64,000 nucleotides of DNA from Amoebidium appalachense (lineage: Eukaryota; Protista; Ichthyosporea), in NCBI GenBank assembly GCA_963693365.1, contig CAVNZM010000014.1:4464001-4528000 (forward strand). The letters run 5' to 3'. Below the pieces are notes generated by a model. It had not been told where the DNA came from. It did not search any database and worked only from the letters and a program-made list of their open reading frames with translations. The translations under genes were made by a program, and so were the position numbers. Of this stretch, positions 12,793 to 49,031 are shown one piece after another. Positions within the stretch are counted from its first letter, which is position 1, and every line of letters starts with the position of its first letter.

Positions 12793-13778
12793 CTGTCGGT
12801 ATGTGCATTTGGCACGCATGTGGGGGGGAAGAGGGGGGAGGAGAGGTGGGGGGAAGGTCAGCAACCACATGACTAGATATTTGAAGGAGGTAACCATTCT
12901 CCCTCCCCCCTCCCCCCTCCCCCTTCCCCCCCCCCCCCCCCCCCCCCGTTCCGCCCCCCTCCTCCCCCCAGGCCCAGGCCCAGGAAAAAGGAAGAAAGAA
13001 AAAGCCCTAGTGCCGTATGTCAGCGTCATCTAAGATTAAAGCACGTAAACCTGCAGCCATGCACAGCACGAGGAGGCGAACAGGACTCACCATTCCAGGT
13101 TTGCGTCTGGTCTGAGAGTTACTCCCGGTGGTGGGGCCGAGCTCATCTCCCTGCAGGCAAAAACACCAACACAAGATCAGTCGGCAGCAGAGTCGACCGA
13201 ACATAACACAGACGATAACACAAAAAGGGGCCACGATGACAGATCTGCCGCAACATCAAGTGGATGAGTAGCAACATAAAACAGAGCCTGCTTGGTGCAC
13301 TTCGTTTGTGTTTACTACCCTTTTTCCTCTCCATACCAGGCACAAGCAGGGTGCAGGGCACAAATAGTCAGTGCACAAGAGTGCACACCACAAGAGGGGA
13401 CATCCCATCTCCCAGTGTCGTGTGTTGTAAAACGCACCTTAAAGACACACTCGCACTGCACCGAAGGCTACACGCGTGAACACAAAGAGGAGAGGCGCAC
13501 ACCCACAAGCACAGACAGAAAAACAGACGGGCACGCATCCACAGACGTAGGCACACCAGATCAACGTCCACAAACACCCTCAAGGGCACAAGCACACAAG
13601 CACACACGCACACAAGCACACACATCACATGCACCGCTACGGCGACCAAAACCCACACAAGAGAAAAGAAAGCCAATAAATAAGAGCAACAACATGTCAC
13701 AGTGTCACGAAACATATAAACCGCTAGCACTCACTTGAGCTCCTTTTGAACCCGCCGTGTAAAAGTTGGGTTGGCCAT
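9140..13778 (-). CDS. UBE2W: Ubiquitin-conjugating enzyme E2 W, 150 aa, 8 exons
   Basis: Exons 13735-13778, 13091-13150, 12612-12640, 11753-11826, 11110-11156, 10412-10520, 9571-9646, 9140-9153. The protein (MANPTFTRRVQKELK...GTLYAGEKY..KYPFEAPEV..NGHICLNIL..WSPALSVQSICLSILSMLSS..KRPPDNDSYV..SWWYHDDTV) has the UBE2W-diagnostic NGHICL and WWYHDD C-terminus. Confidence 0.95.
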
Positions 13779-14271
13779 GTTTCCTCACCGCGCAGCTGTA
13801 GTCGCCTGGCGACGATCTAGTTCTACACACGGCCAACAACACGGACACGCAAGACCTGGTGGGCACACCCACGTATCGATACAGTTATATCGCAATCATA
13901 CAATTCTTGCTTGCTGCACTAGAGCCACATAAGGTGTGAAAGCTCTGTCCACTTCTTGTCCATAGCACACTCCCCCACGACAGCAACGCGCCAAAAAGCT
14001 GCCAGGTTTCAGTCGGACTCTAACACACTGCCCACCACTAAGTTCTATATATTCTAACTTAACGTATTGTCTCTAACCTCTCTAGCTTTCCTGCACCAGC
14101 AAAAACACAACACTGCCAACTTCAAAAAACGTTTGCGCAGCTGCTTCATCCGATGGATCAGCAAAACACAACTGGGATGACGTCGCTGACGTCACTATCT
14201 GACTCCTCCCCACACAAAAACGCACACACCAAAAAAAAAGTGAGACAGTGACTCCTCCCCACACAAAAACG

Positions 14272-14314
<43 letters not shown>

Positions 14315-14576
14315 CTTGCCGGTCTACAACAATGTGAAATCCAGTGCAATAGCGGTTCCAGCAGGCCTCAACATCTTTTGACCTTAAGTTAGCCATGTGT
14401 ACACATACACCAATTTTTTAGACCACCACAAAGCGGATATTAATCCCAATTGGTACCAGTACCCCCCTTCCCACACACTTGGGCAACAGAAAGCCCGAAA
14501 TGGCCACAGACCATGCACTGGCCCAGTATATGGCGTATGTCTGGGGCACACGTCACACGTCACACGTCACACGTAT

Positions 14577-14577
14577 A

Positions 14578-14645
<68 letters not shown>

Positions 14646-14647
14646 CG
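14577..14647. repeat. (ACGC)n microsatellite, about 17 units
   Basis: Directly visible. Confidence 0.95.
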
Positions 14648-14883
14648 TGCGTGTATGCAGATGCTGATCGTATGCATCAATCACAGTGAAATTGTGTTGA
14701 TATCATGCACACAACCACAACCTTTGGTTCACCAGACACGACAACTTTCCATGTCGAGGTCGGGATCAGAGTCAGACACCGTGGTGCAACTGTTACATAC
14801 AGGCATCATTTATTATACGTGTTTGAGTTATCACCTTGCTGTGTACAGTGTCTATCTAGCCATCAGTTTTGTTGGCTGGCAGC

Positions 14884-15164
14884 CTAATTCGTCTTCTTGG
14901 CGTCCCCGTTCTGGTTGTCCTGTATTGTATGTGTGTGTGTGTGTGTGTTTGCGGAGCAAGGACAGAGGGATATGAAATAGGTGTGTATGTGTCTGCGTGC
15001 GCGTGCATGCGTGCGTGCGTGTGTGTGTGCGCGCGCGCGCGTCTGCGTACATGTGTGCCCGTGTGTGCTTGGTTTGGGGGGGGGGGGGGGGGGGGGGGGT
15101 TATATAATTTAGAGAGTGGGACGGTAAGCGACACCTTATACGTGAAGGCAGCACACCAAAATCG

Positions 15165-15200
<36 letters not shown>

Positions 15201-15446
15201 AAAAAGGAACACCCACACCCACACCCATCCACCCACGCTCCAGCCCCTCTGCCACAAACATCAACACGAAGGCAAAAAAGTGAAAGACATAAGCAATGGA
15301 CGACCCAGCTGCAGCACACAAAACAGTGTCGTTGGCAGTAGCCCATGTATTAATCTGTTCGTGTACACACGTGTGTGCGTTGTGTGCGTACACAGTTACA
15401 CCACGGACACACGCACGCACGCAAACGCACACGCACACGCACACGC

Positions 15447-15537
<91 letters not shown>

Positions 15538-16743
15538 CACGCACACACACACACACGACACACAGACAGACAGACAGACAGACACACGTACCTTGTAGAT
15601 TGCGAGGTCCAGCCTGTTATAGACAATGGCGCCAAGGAAGAACACAAAGTAGAAGCCAATCAGAAGAGCAGGTTCGTGCAGGAATGCGCTGGTCTCAAAG
15701 TCATACGTCACCTGCGCACCGCACATCCACGAGTCAGAAGCCGGCACGTGCACGTTCCCAATACAAAAATGAAGACGGTGTGCAAACCACACAAAGAGTA
15801 TGCATGTTAACCAGAGCCCATCATCGGGGGAAGGGGCCCAAATCATCCGCAATACCCAAGCTTCGACCCTTTTATAGTCACTCTGAGTGCTGTCTCCCTG
15901 CGGCCTCTTCTTCTTCTTCTTCTTTTTTTTTTTTCTGTGTTGCCGCAGGCGACAGTCACTAATATTAGACAATTTTCGATCGTGACGTCACGGCATTTAT
16001 TTATCTAATTTTTGGTTAGTTCAAATATACGAAAACATGTTTAAACTAGTAAACAAACAGTAAACAAAAAACATGATATGTCTGTCCAGGCATTTTAACA
16101 CACTAACCATCATGCTTTTTTTTTTTTTTTTAATTTGAAAATTGTTGAGGCTATCTGGTTAATAAATACAGATTATGTAACAAACCCAGGATCACCGAGC
16201 GATTTGATTCGTGAATACAGCTTCTTAGACCCGCGGGAGACGTCCCGCAGCGTAGTAAGGCCGGGCCCGGCCACTTACGTAAGCCAGCGGGTACATAGCC
16301 TTGGAGACTAACCCTTTCACCTCGAGCTCGAAACACAACTCAAATACTGCTTCACTTGGACATGGGTGGGTCACCCGTCTTGATCAGAGACGAGTAGGGT
16401 TATTTATGCGAACAGGCAACAGGCAAAGGCAGTGGGAAAAGCCGGGGGTTAGAGTTGCAGCAGTAAGCAGAAAAAAAAAAAAGGGGGGGGGGGGAGGGGG
16501 GGGGTTACCTCGAAGTCAGCGCTGTGTTCGCCCAACACGTTCGACTTGGTGACGATGATGGTGGGGCGACCAGCAGTGTCCAGGTATGTCGTCTTAACAC
16601 CCCTAGTCTCATCCTCCACGGGGTACTTGTACTTGAACACAAGGTTGCTGCAGCCCCCCACCCATGCGTCAGTGAACCGTGTACTTTGTAGTCTACCTGT
16701 CACTTTTCTTCTTTCAAAACCTTTTCCTCTGCAATCTCCCCAC

Positions 16744-16835
<92 letters not shown>

Positions 16836-17423
16836 CCGCCGCCGCCGCAAACACCACCAACACCGCCATACACAGGTACAGGCACAGGCACAGGCACACA
16901 GACACAAAGCGAAAGAAGAGAGGAGTCAAACACCACCATCGCCACCGGTTCGTTTACACGAACTGTGAGCAAACAAGAGTTATAAGATAACTGTGTTGAA
17001 TAACATCGCAATACAGAGCAACCAATATGACGAAAAATGAACCCGCAAACTCAACCATGCGGTCGAACGTGTTGGAGTGAGCATCAACTATACTCAAGGG
17101 CCTTAAAACCCAATTTTCTTTTCACTCTTCGTTTTCTTTTTTTTTCTCTGGATGGGGCCACATACGTTGCGCCCTCAGGGACGGAAATCTTGACGGTGAG
17201 GTGGTCGATAACGACGTTGTCCATGACGTCACTCACAAACGGCATCTTGAGTGAGTAGTGCTTGCCTGCACGTGCACCGCGTACGTGTGAGCATGCGCTT
17301 CGCTACTTGCAAAAAGGCGGATAACACTACCGTCTATGCCGGGAAAAGGCCTTGGACTTGTTCAAAATGCATGTCTATGAGTTGTGTGCGTGTGCGTGTG
17401 TGTGTGTGCGTGCGTGCGTGCGC

Positions 17424-17477
<54 letters not shown>

Positions 17478-17667
17478 ATGTGTGCTTTTGTCTTGGGGAG
17501 GAGGAGGAGGCGGAGGGAGGGAGGGGGGAATGGGGGGGGGGGGGGGGGGGGGAGGGGGGCGGGGGGCATGCACACGGGGCACATGTATACAGAGGTACAC
17601 GTCGGTGCATGTCGTGCTCGGTTTTGGATTTTATTTCCTTTCTTGGGAGTTGTGCTAATCCCCAGCT

Positions 17668-17701
<34 letters not shown>

Positions 17702-20413
17702 GAGGGGGGGGGGGAATTGTAAACACAGAGGGCATGCATGTGTTATACAATAAGGTGTGCTGGCAAACAGGGTCAGATGTGCATAGTGGGGCAGCAACTT
17801 ACCGGAGAAGCGCAGGTACTTGTTTGCAGGCAGGGTGTAGTTGAGCATGTAGTCGCTGTTCCACCCCCCAAACAGGGGGAACCGTGGGCGCAGCTGAACC
17901 TCCACACCACGGCCAGTCAGGCGCAGGTTGCTGGAATAAACACAAGAGTGTCGGAAACCACAACATACAAGTCAGAACACACCTTATGCAATTACAAAAC
18001 ATCACATGTAATGGTAGCCGCAAGCACATGCTTTATTCTAATGAACGGTTCCGTCATTATTGCTTGTGCGTGTGCCGTTAATGTGCACAGAAAACTATTT
18101 TTCTTGTGTGTGGCCGAGGCAAGCACATCTGTCGTCATTTACTGTTAAGCTACAAGAACACAGCGCAGGATCGCATGCGCATTTACAAGGGCTCGTGGTG
18201 TGTACGCTCCTACGCGTGCACATTTTTTTCCAACTCACATACAACGGGTGTGGACATGTGTGCTTAGATTATAATGGGTGGTATCCCAGAACCTAAGAAG
18301 TGTATCTGTACACATGCATATATGTCCTAGCGAGCTTTATGACCCCACACGCTCCAACATCAAATCGTACGCCAGAACCGACCAAAACCAAACTGAAGTG
18401 TGCACGTGTTTTTACGCGTGTACCATCACGGGCAGTATTCCATTCCTTTTAAGTGTGTTTGCACACGTGAATACATGTCATTGTAGGGTTTACTGTATAT
18501 CCCGCACAGTCCGACATGCATGGTATGCAACACACGTGCATATATGTCTTAAAAAGGTTTATAGCCCCTCAAATCCCCACATACATTTTACCCCCCACAC
18601 CCAGCCCGTGTGCCTGACCCACCTTGTTGTGACGTTGCCGACATCGTCACGGTAGTCCACATCTGCAGCGCCAACGGGCAGCTTTGTAGTCCAGCCCTTG
18701 ACCATGGCCGGCGCTGCACACCCACATAGTCAGTAAGAACCTCACCTAACGTTACATTGCCCCCTCCCCCCCCTACCGCTCTCCCCAAAGGAAAGGGAAA
18801 AAAAAAAAAGAAAAAAAACCTCCCTCCCCTTCCCCAACCCCCACTACAGAGACAAACACAAGCACACAACCACATACACACCTACATCTAAAAAAGGAAC
18901 CCATACCTTCAACCCGGTCTATAACAGTTGCATATCAACCTTTTGCCGAACCGCATTACAAAGCATCTCCAGGTAGGCAACTCACCAGCACCCTACACAT
19001 GTATGCACACCTATCCCAGCCACATCCACAACCCCCCCCCCCCCCCCCCCCCCCCACCTTCCCCTTCACAACCAAAAAATGACACCCCCCCCCCCCCCCC
19101 CCCCCCCCTCCCCCCACCCACCCACCCACCCCGCCCCTCCGTTCCTCCCATTAGGGACTACATACGGTTGGGGTTCGTCATCAGGTCAATGCGAGAGAAG
19201 TGGCCCTTAAGCTTAGCGCCGTCGTGTCTGACCCGCACAATCTCGTTGACAACAATGCGGGACCAGTGGGACACCACGATCTCACGGATCATCTGTGGAA
19301 GCACAATCCACACAGTCAATCACAAGTACATACATACTCAAACACATACACATAACTAACCTACCACACACACAAACACAGAGAAAGGAAGGTATGATAT
19401 GTCTTTCCGAAAATCAACCTTTCTTAACTCCCCCCCCCCCCCCCCCCCCCAAATACCTAATCCTTACGCTTGAACCCTTTTAGCACGTCAATCCCTTCCT
19501 AAACGTGCCCCCCCTCCCTTCTCCCCGCCCCTCCCCTGCGCGAAACCCCCCCCCCCCCCCCCCCCCCCCCCTCCTCCTCCTCCAAGCACACACCTCGTAG
19601 GTGGTGACATGGGGCACATTATGGCGGTAGTGTGCCTTCAGGTGGCCGGTGCTGTAGGGGGCCTTATTCTCGTATGGGCCCAAGGTGAGCTGCAGAGATT
19701 GAACGTGGCATTAGCACGGGACATGTGCACATCGTCCTGACACACTTCACTAGACACGAACATTGACCATTCCTGCCTGCCACGCCCCCTCCCCCCCCCC
19801 CCCCCCCCCCCCCTTCCCTCCTCGTCCCCATGCCCCTCCCTCCACATTCCCCCTGTGCCTCCCCCCCCCCCCCCAAAAAAAAAAAAAAAAGAAAAGAAAA
19901 CCAAAAACACCCACACTCCATCACAGCCACACATCCAAACACACCCCTCGAAAGACATGCATCATCCCCCCCCCCCCCCCCCCCCCCCCCTAAAAAAACA
20001 AAAAAAAACCTCAAAAAAAAACTCAAAAAAAAAACCAAAAAAAAACACACACACACCCACCCACCCACCCATTCATTTCATACCTCACTGCCCTTGATCT
20101 GGCCTGGGCCAGCATCTGTCTCGTGTGACTCGTACTTCTCGGGGACCTTGAGCACGGTCTTCTGCTTGGTGACGGTGTATGGGCTAAAGTAGTAGTTGTT
20201 GCCCGTGTAGACCATAAACTGGTTGTCCCCCTGTGCAATCTCGCTGGGGTATGCCGTCATGCCGTGCGTCACGACAGTGCGAACCTGCATGCGTGGAAAA
20301 GAAATGTTCAGTGTGTGTGTGTCTGTGTCTGTGCGTGAGTGTGTCGGGGTGTGCACATGACTGCTGTGTGTTTAAGTTTACGTGGGTGTGTTGTGGTAGA
20401 CCCTTTTGTGCAG

Positions 20414-20451
<38 letters not shown>

Positions 20452-20863
20452 CGATGTCTATATGCACGCATTAAATCGTGATATTGGGTATCACCGGAGA
20501 AAATTACAGGCATGCATGCCGCTACACATGTATACATCTACATTATTGCACACATCCGCGCCGTTTCCTCTTTTCCTGCTGAGGTCAGTGTGCTTGCACG
20601 AGCACCTGCTTGTGTGTGCCTTTGCACCCTCCCACCACGTGCAATGCATACTGCGCCACCCACGCCAACATCTTTGGACACGCCCACAACCAGACAGTGA
20701 TAATAGACCACAACCCATGCACACAGTGGATCGTCATACCAGCAATTTGGTTGATGCCCCGGCCTCCAATGGGGTAACCAGCTTGACTGAGTATACTTGT
20801 GAGCCTCTGCAGTGCCATGTGTTAGGGCAATTTCACTGTAATAACTTTAGCAATATAGTATTC

Positions 20864-20894
<31 letters not shown>

Positions 20895-22126
20895 AAAAAA
20901 GGAAAAAAAAAAAAGTCACAAGTGCTGTGTATGTGCTCCAATTAAACCCAGTTCCACCTCAACCGCCCTCAGATACTGCCTCCCTTTCCAAGCACAGGCG
21001 CACAAGTACACCCCACCCCAATCCCATCGTCCATGCATCATCACCCTAGCACACAAACAGAGAGAGCCAACTTGCAGACATTGCCCCTCTTCCCCCCCCC
21101 CCCCTCCCCCCCCCCTTCACTCCTTCAACCCCCTCCGCCAAACACACATGCCCAACAAAACCCATCCTTTCCTGGCCAAAAAAGGCAAAAGAATGCATAC
21201 GCATGCCTCCCTCCCCCCCCCCCCCCCCCCTCAATCCCTCCTTCCTGGAGGCCCACCGTCCTCCCCCCGCCCCCCGCCTTCCTGTCCTCTTCTCTCTAAC
21301 TGCCCTCTGCAACTCCTCTATTGCTGTCATCTACAAATCCTTAAAGCAAGGTATTTCACCACAAGCCCCGTGCCTTAATCGTTCTAGGATGGTTTGGCAG
21401 TGCAACTGGTGGGGTTCTGTACAGTGCAAACACAACCATTCATATATGTGTGCTATGTGTGTTAGACATGGTGTGCAATCGCAAGGTTGACGGGCCCGTG
21501 TGCGTACATACATACTAACCAAAGGCGTGTACCCGAGTGCACAGTATGAGAAAGTGAACGTGTGGTGTACGGTTGCGCGTGTGCGTGAGCGTGTGTTTGT
21601 TTGTGTGTGCACGCCTGTGGGCACTCGTACGCGTAGAGCATGCTGCACCGTGATAGAGTTGAAACGAGCATAAGCGTATGGTCTGTGCAATGTGACCGTG
21701 TCATGTGTTGTTTACCACCTACAATACCATGACGTCAGCAAACCAAGTATGCACGAGGCCCAGCACTTACTCTGGGGCAGCCTTGTCCTCCACGGGGGTG
21801 AGAATGAGTGATGTCTTCTCGTTGACCACTCTCATATACGCATATACTCCCTTGCCCAGGTCTTCAAACGCAAGGTTGACGTGTGTGACCTGCAGCACAG
21901 CCCGTCAGACAGCGCCCAGAGGGGCATCCTTTCACTGGCATTTTCTTGACAGAGGTTCTACACGTATTGATAGAATAAAGCAAACCCTCAGTGTCGTAAA
22001 TGAAAATCCCCTTGTCTCCTTCTATTGTCTTCACGTCGATAATGCCTGTGGGTCTCTCACACCAACCCCCTACCCCTGCGTTTTATCCCTTGTCTCCGAC
22101 CACCTCCCTACCCCTCTCCAACTTCC

Positions 22127-22157
<31 letters not shown>

Positions 22158-22532
22158 ACAGACACACACGCACGCACCCCTCAGCCATACACACGCACGC
22201 ACGCACCCATCAACCATACACACACACACACACCCACACCCACACCCACACCCACCCACACCTACACACACCCACACCCACACACACACACACACACACA
22301 CAAGACACAGACACACACACACAGACACATACACACATGAACAAACACACCCTCCCCACTTCCCCCGTTGCTTTCATGCACGTACCGGCTCCTTGCCCTC
22401 GTTTGTGACGGTGACATCTGACTTTGTTTTGACCAACTGTGAAGTCAAATCTATGTTCCGGTCCACGCTAACCGTCACCTCGCCACACACGGCGGCCGCC
22501 GCCGCCAGAAGCGCGGCCAACCTGCACCACAT
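14884..22532 (-). CDS. RPN1: Ribophorin I / oligosaccharyltransferase subunit 1 (OST1), 456 aa, 12 coding exons
   Basis: Exons 22386-22532, 21771-21889, 20740-20806, 20084-20284, 19594-19689, 19166-19292, 18623-18713, 17803-17930, 17166-17265, 16509-16647, 15592-15711, 14884-14919. It has a signal peptide ([17 protein letters not shown]), the motifs [43 protein letters not shown] and TYLDTAGRP, a TM helix after HEP, and ends in KKTN*. A probable 5'UTR intron has its donor near 22636. Confidence 0.95.
16745..16834. repeat. C90 homopolymer (G90 in the RPN1 pre-mRNA), the longest of the many poly-C/poly-G tracts in the window
   Basis: Directly visible. The exact length may be a sequencing artefact. 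Confidence 0.85.
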
Positions 22533-25288
22533 CCTCAAAAAAAAAAAAAAAATAGCAAGTGGAAAAAAAAGAGGGAAACAACACAATGACCCCTACGGTG
22601 TAAAAGTCCCAACTCTCTCCCCGGCTTCCGGACTTACTCGGCTGCGGCGGCCGTCGCTGGGCACGAAAACTTTTCCAGGTTGAAATTTAGGTATTTGGGG
22701 CATCAACATATATTTACAAAAATGATTACTCCAGGGTCAGGGGGGCGCAATAAAACTTTTTGAGGGTTGCTTGATTGGTGGTTGCTATGCGTTGTTCCAA
22801 AATTCCCGGAATTCCATCAACCGTTCATGTTGAAAAAACAAACAGAGAGTTAGACTGACAACGAAGGGAACTTTGAAGGGATTAATGGCTGAAGCTGAAG
22901 GAACTGAGGACAGTCTAGCGACCCATGTATATTGAGTTACACGTGCCATAACGGGTTACATATGCAATGCAACTGCATGGCTGGGTTCGCCGGCTCAAGC
23001 AGATCTTGAGACAGGTGCTGAGTGTTCAAGCTTGACTTGGCTGGTCTGAAGCCACATCCGTTCGAAAAAGGTGGCCATACTGACGACTACAGAGCCTTTT
23101 ATCTTAGACTTTTTCATCATAAAGGCCAGACGAAAAGATTCTCCCAGGCTTCCCTTTGCCCCATAATATAGTACACAACAAACGCGCTACACGCACAACC
23201 ACACAAATATGGCATGTACATATCATATGCACAGCACACTCAGCCTGCGCAGCCCCCTCCCCCCCTCCCCCCTCCCCCCACCACACCCTACCTCCCCAAC
23301 CCCCTCCCCCGGGGGCCAAGTTAACACACAACACATAGATACAGATACACTTGAGCTCTCACACATCGCTCTCTCAAACTGGAGAGAGCTCTCTCAGACA
23401 TGCCTGCCAAAAGCATCAATAAGTTGCAACGGTTCCTCCATCCCAGTTAGAGTCACTATTGAGTCGAATTTCCTTGAGAGTGCTATCGAGGAAATGCCAT
23501 CTTACATTTGGTCCATCGTTCTTCTTTAGTTTTAAGCCCGAAAGGCCTCTCCCGCCTCCCCCCTCCCCCCCCCTCCCCCCCCCCCGCCCCTTTCCTTCCA
23601 CCTCGATCATCACTGCCACCCCGACTTGCCGTGCAGTGCCCCTAACTTAAGTGTCAAAGCCGGTGCCTTTTCAATAATTGGTTGTTTAGAACATAGTGCG
23701 AAACTTGGCTAAACTCAAGGTGCTTCGCAACCGTACCAATACCTCGGCTAGGAATATTGAAAGCCGCTCGAGATTGTAATCATGATCAGCCCTGGGAGCC
23801 TGCAAGTCAGATATGCACGCTTCTTGACATTTGACACTCTGCATAAACACATTGTTTTTGCCATATATGCTGTGCTTGTTAGTAAACGGCCACAGCCACG
23901 AATTCGTCCGGACCCCTGGGCCCTGGCCTCCCCTCCCAGGTCTACGGTCTACCCCTCGAGCTCCCTCCCTCCCTAGGCAGGCCCCCCCCCCATCTTCCCC
24001 CCTCTCCCCTCCTCTCCCCCCTCTCCCCCCCCCTCCCCTCCAACCCCCCCCCACCACCCCTCCCTCCCCCTCCCCTAAGAGGGTCCTTAGTTTGTTTACT
24101 CAACATTCACATGCGTTTATTACACACCCAGTCTCATTGACACCAGTTCAGTGAGCTGAGCAGTGTGCACCTGCAGTACTCGCCGTGGCGCAACTGCGGA
24201 GTCTACATACCCATCGAAACCGATACCGCACATTCTTTCTATGCTTTGAGGAATCTAAACTGTAAATTCAACAGAAACATCCTGCTCTAAACAAATTTAC
24301 AATCGTTAGATTGCAGTGTGCGATAATCTGAGGCCTGATGTGTGAGCCACCTAGCTGCCGCAGCGAAAGCGCGCGACGCTCTCTCTGTTTCACCGTTGTT
24401 CCCCGCTAGCCTACGTAGGCTACTACTCGCCTACTTTTCATGCTTGAACTAAGTTAGGCTTCGTTGATCAGCAGTTTTCTTTTTGTACGAGTACATTCTT
24501 TAAGAGGAGAGCCCGTTAACAACTTAACCCTGTGGCCCTGTAAACCACCTCTTAGCTCGCCGCGTTCCGGCAGGGGCTACCTCTTTTGACAGTGCCCCTG
24601 GTTGCTAGCCACGAGCTAGACCTCTAGCTAGCATACAGAGCCGCCTGAGCAAACCTCGCCTATCCAAGCCGCCGGATGGGTAGTCTCAGGAGGCTTCAAG
24701 ACATCTTCTACCTCCATTATTAACGAGCATCTTAGTAGTGTGTGTGTGCTTATAGGAGCACACACTTGGCCTGCTAGGAGACAGGTTATACTCTTGCTGC
24801 ACCACACAGCGTGGCGTGCCGCCAAGCAGACAAGAGGGCGGGCAGAACGGGCCGCCTGACCGACCTGTGCCATGTGCCCCAGAAGGAGGTGATGCCCTGG
24901 TTGCCGTGGTGCCACCAGGTAGGGCTTTATTTAGCTGTTATTGTGTGGGCACCCCAGGAGTATGGTTGTATGATAGTCTTTGAATTAGTTATAGGCTTGA
25001 AAGTCTTAGCTGATCTTATGCTATTTCTAACCTTGTGGCACCCATGTTATGTCGCAAACAGCTTGAAATGCACGGGCTTTCCCTACCCTCCTTGCTATAG
25101 CTTAAATCCTGGCACAAAAGAAGGGCCGTGTTGCTTGTTGCTATCGAGCACATAAGTAGTGCGCACCTTCTGGTGTACCCCTTGCGAACCAAGAAACACA
25201 CACCCCTCACTGTCCTTCTCACACACTCTCCCTCCCTTCCCCCCCTCACTTCCTCGCTCCTCCACTGCGTCTCTTCTCCCTCTCTCTC

Positions 25289-25323
<35 letters not shown>

Positions 25324-26050
25324 TTCACTCTCTCTCTCGCTCTCCCCCTCTCCCCCCCCCCTCTCTGTCTGTCTGTCTGGCTCTGGCTCTCCTCCCCCCC
25401 CCCTTAATTTCCCTCCCTCTCCCTCTCTTTCACACACACACACACACACACACAGTCACACACACATTCTCTTTCTCTCTCTCATCCTCTCGTCCCCCCC
25501 CCACACTCTCTCCCCTCTCCCCCCTTCTCTCCCCCCCTCACGCTCTCCCTGTGTGTGTGTGTGTGTGTGTGTGTGTGGTGCACAATCTCCTCCCTTTCCT
25601 TCCCTTTATTCTTTTTCGCGGCAATTCACCTGCCTTGCCTTTGCTTACTCCACCCATCCATACCCCCCCCCCCCCCCCTTGTCCCCCTCCCCCTTCTCCC
25701 CCCCCCCCCCCCTCCCCCGGCCCCCGCGTGTTGCACACATATAGTGTGTATCTGTACTTGCACAAATGCATTATGGCACACACGCATCATGGCATGCCTG
25801 CATCCTGCTCGTCTCGTAAAGCTTTCCGCTTCTGTTGGTCAACCTTCTAAAATCCCATGGTGCCCCTTGCTCTCTCCATATCCTAGACCTGCCCCCCAAG
25901 CTCCACTGGCAGTCCTGCCCATAACCCTTTCCACCTTTCTATTCTCTGTCTAACCTGTTTGCAGTTTTCTATCGTGCCTCTATATCCTCCCCCCCCTCCC
26001 CCCCCCTCTATCCCCCCTCCCCCTTCCCCCCCAACACACACACACACACG

Positions 26051-26096
<46 letters not shown>

Positions 26097-26410
26097 ACCC
26101 CACTCCTCTAGGGCTCTCCTCCCCCATGTGGCCCTGCACACTTGCTTCTTTATTTTATTTATTTTTTATTTTTATGTTATTCATTTTCTTTCTTTTTTTT
26201 AGGGGGGGGGGGGGGGGGGTGAGATGGTGGTGGGGGCGGGAGAGGGGAAGGGGGAAGGGGGGGGGGTTCGGTTTGCAGTAACGCAGCAAAGAAGGTAAAC
26301 ATCAAGGAAGCGGTGGGTAAGTGGTAACATAGATTGCTGGCATGGGTAGTTACCAGCCGGCAGTGTCACACATAGACTAACATGGACGGGCGGGCGGGCA
26401 GGTCTGAGAC

Positions 26411-49031
<22,621 letters not shown>

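Noticed and set aside
24330-24535. Hammerhead ribozyme (CTGATG...GAAA) or telomerase template (TAACCCT)
   Set aside because: The core is CTGATGTG rather than CTGATGA with proper stems, and the template-like match covers barely one TTAGGG repeat.
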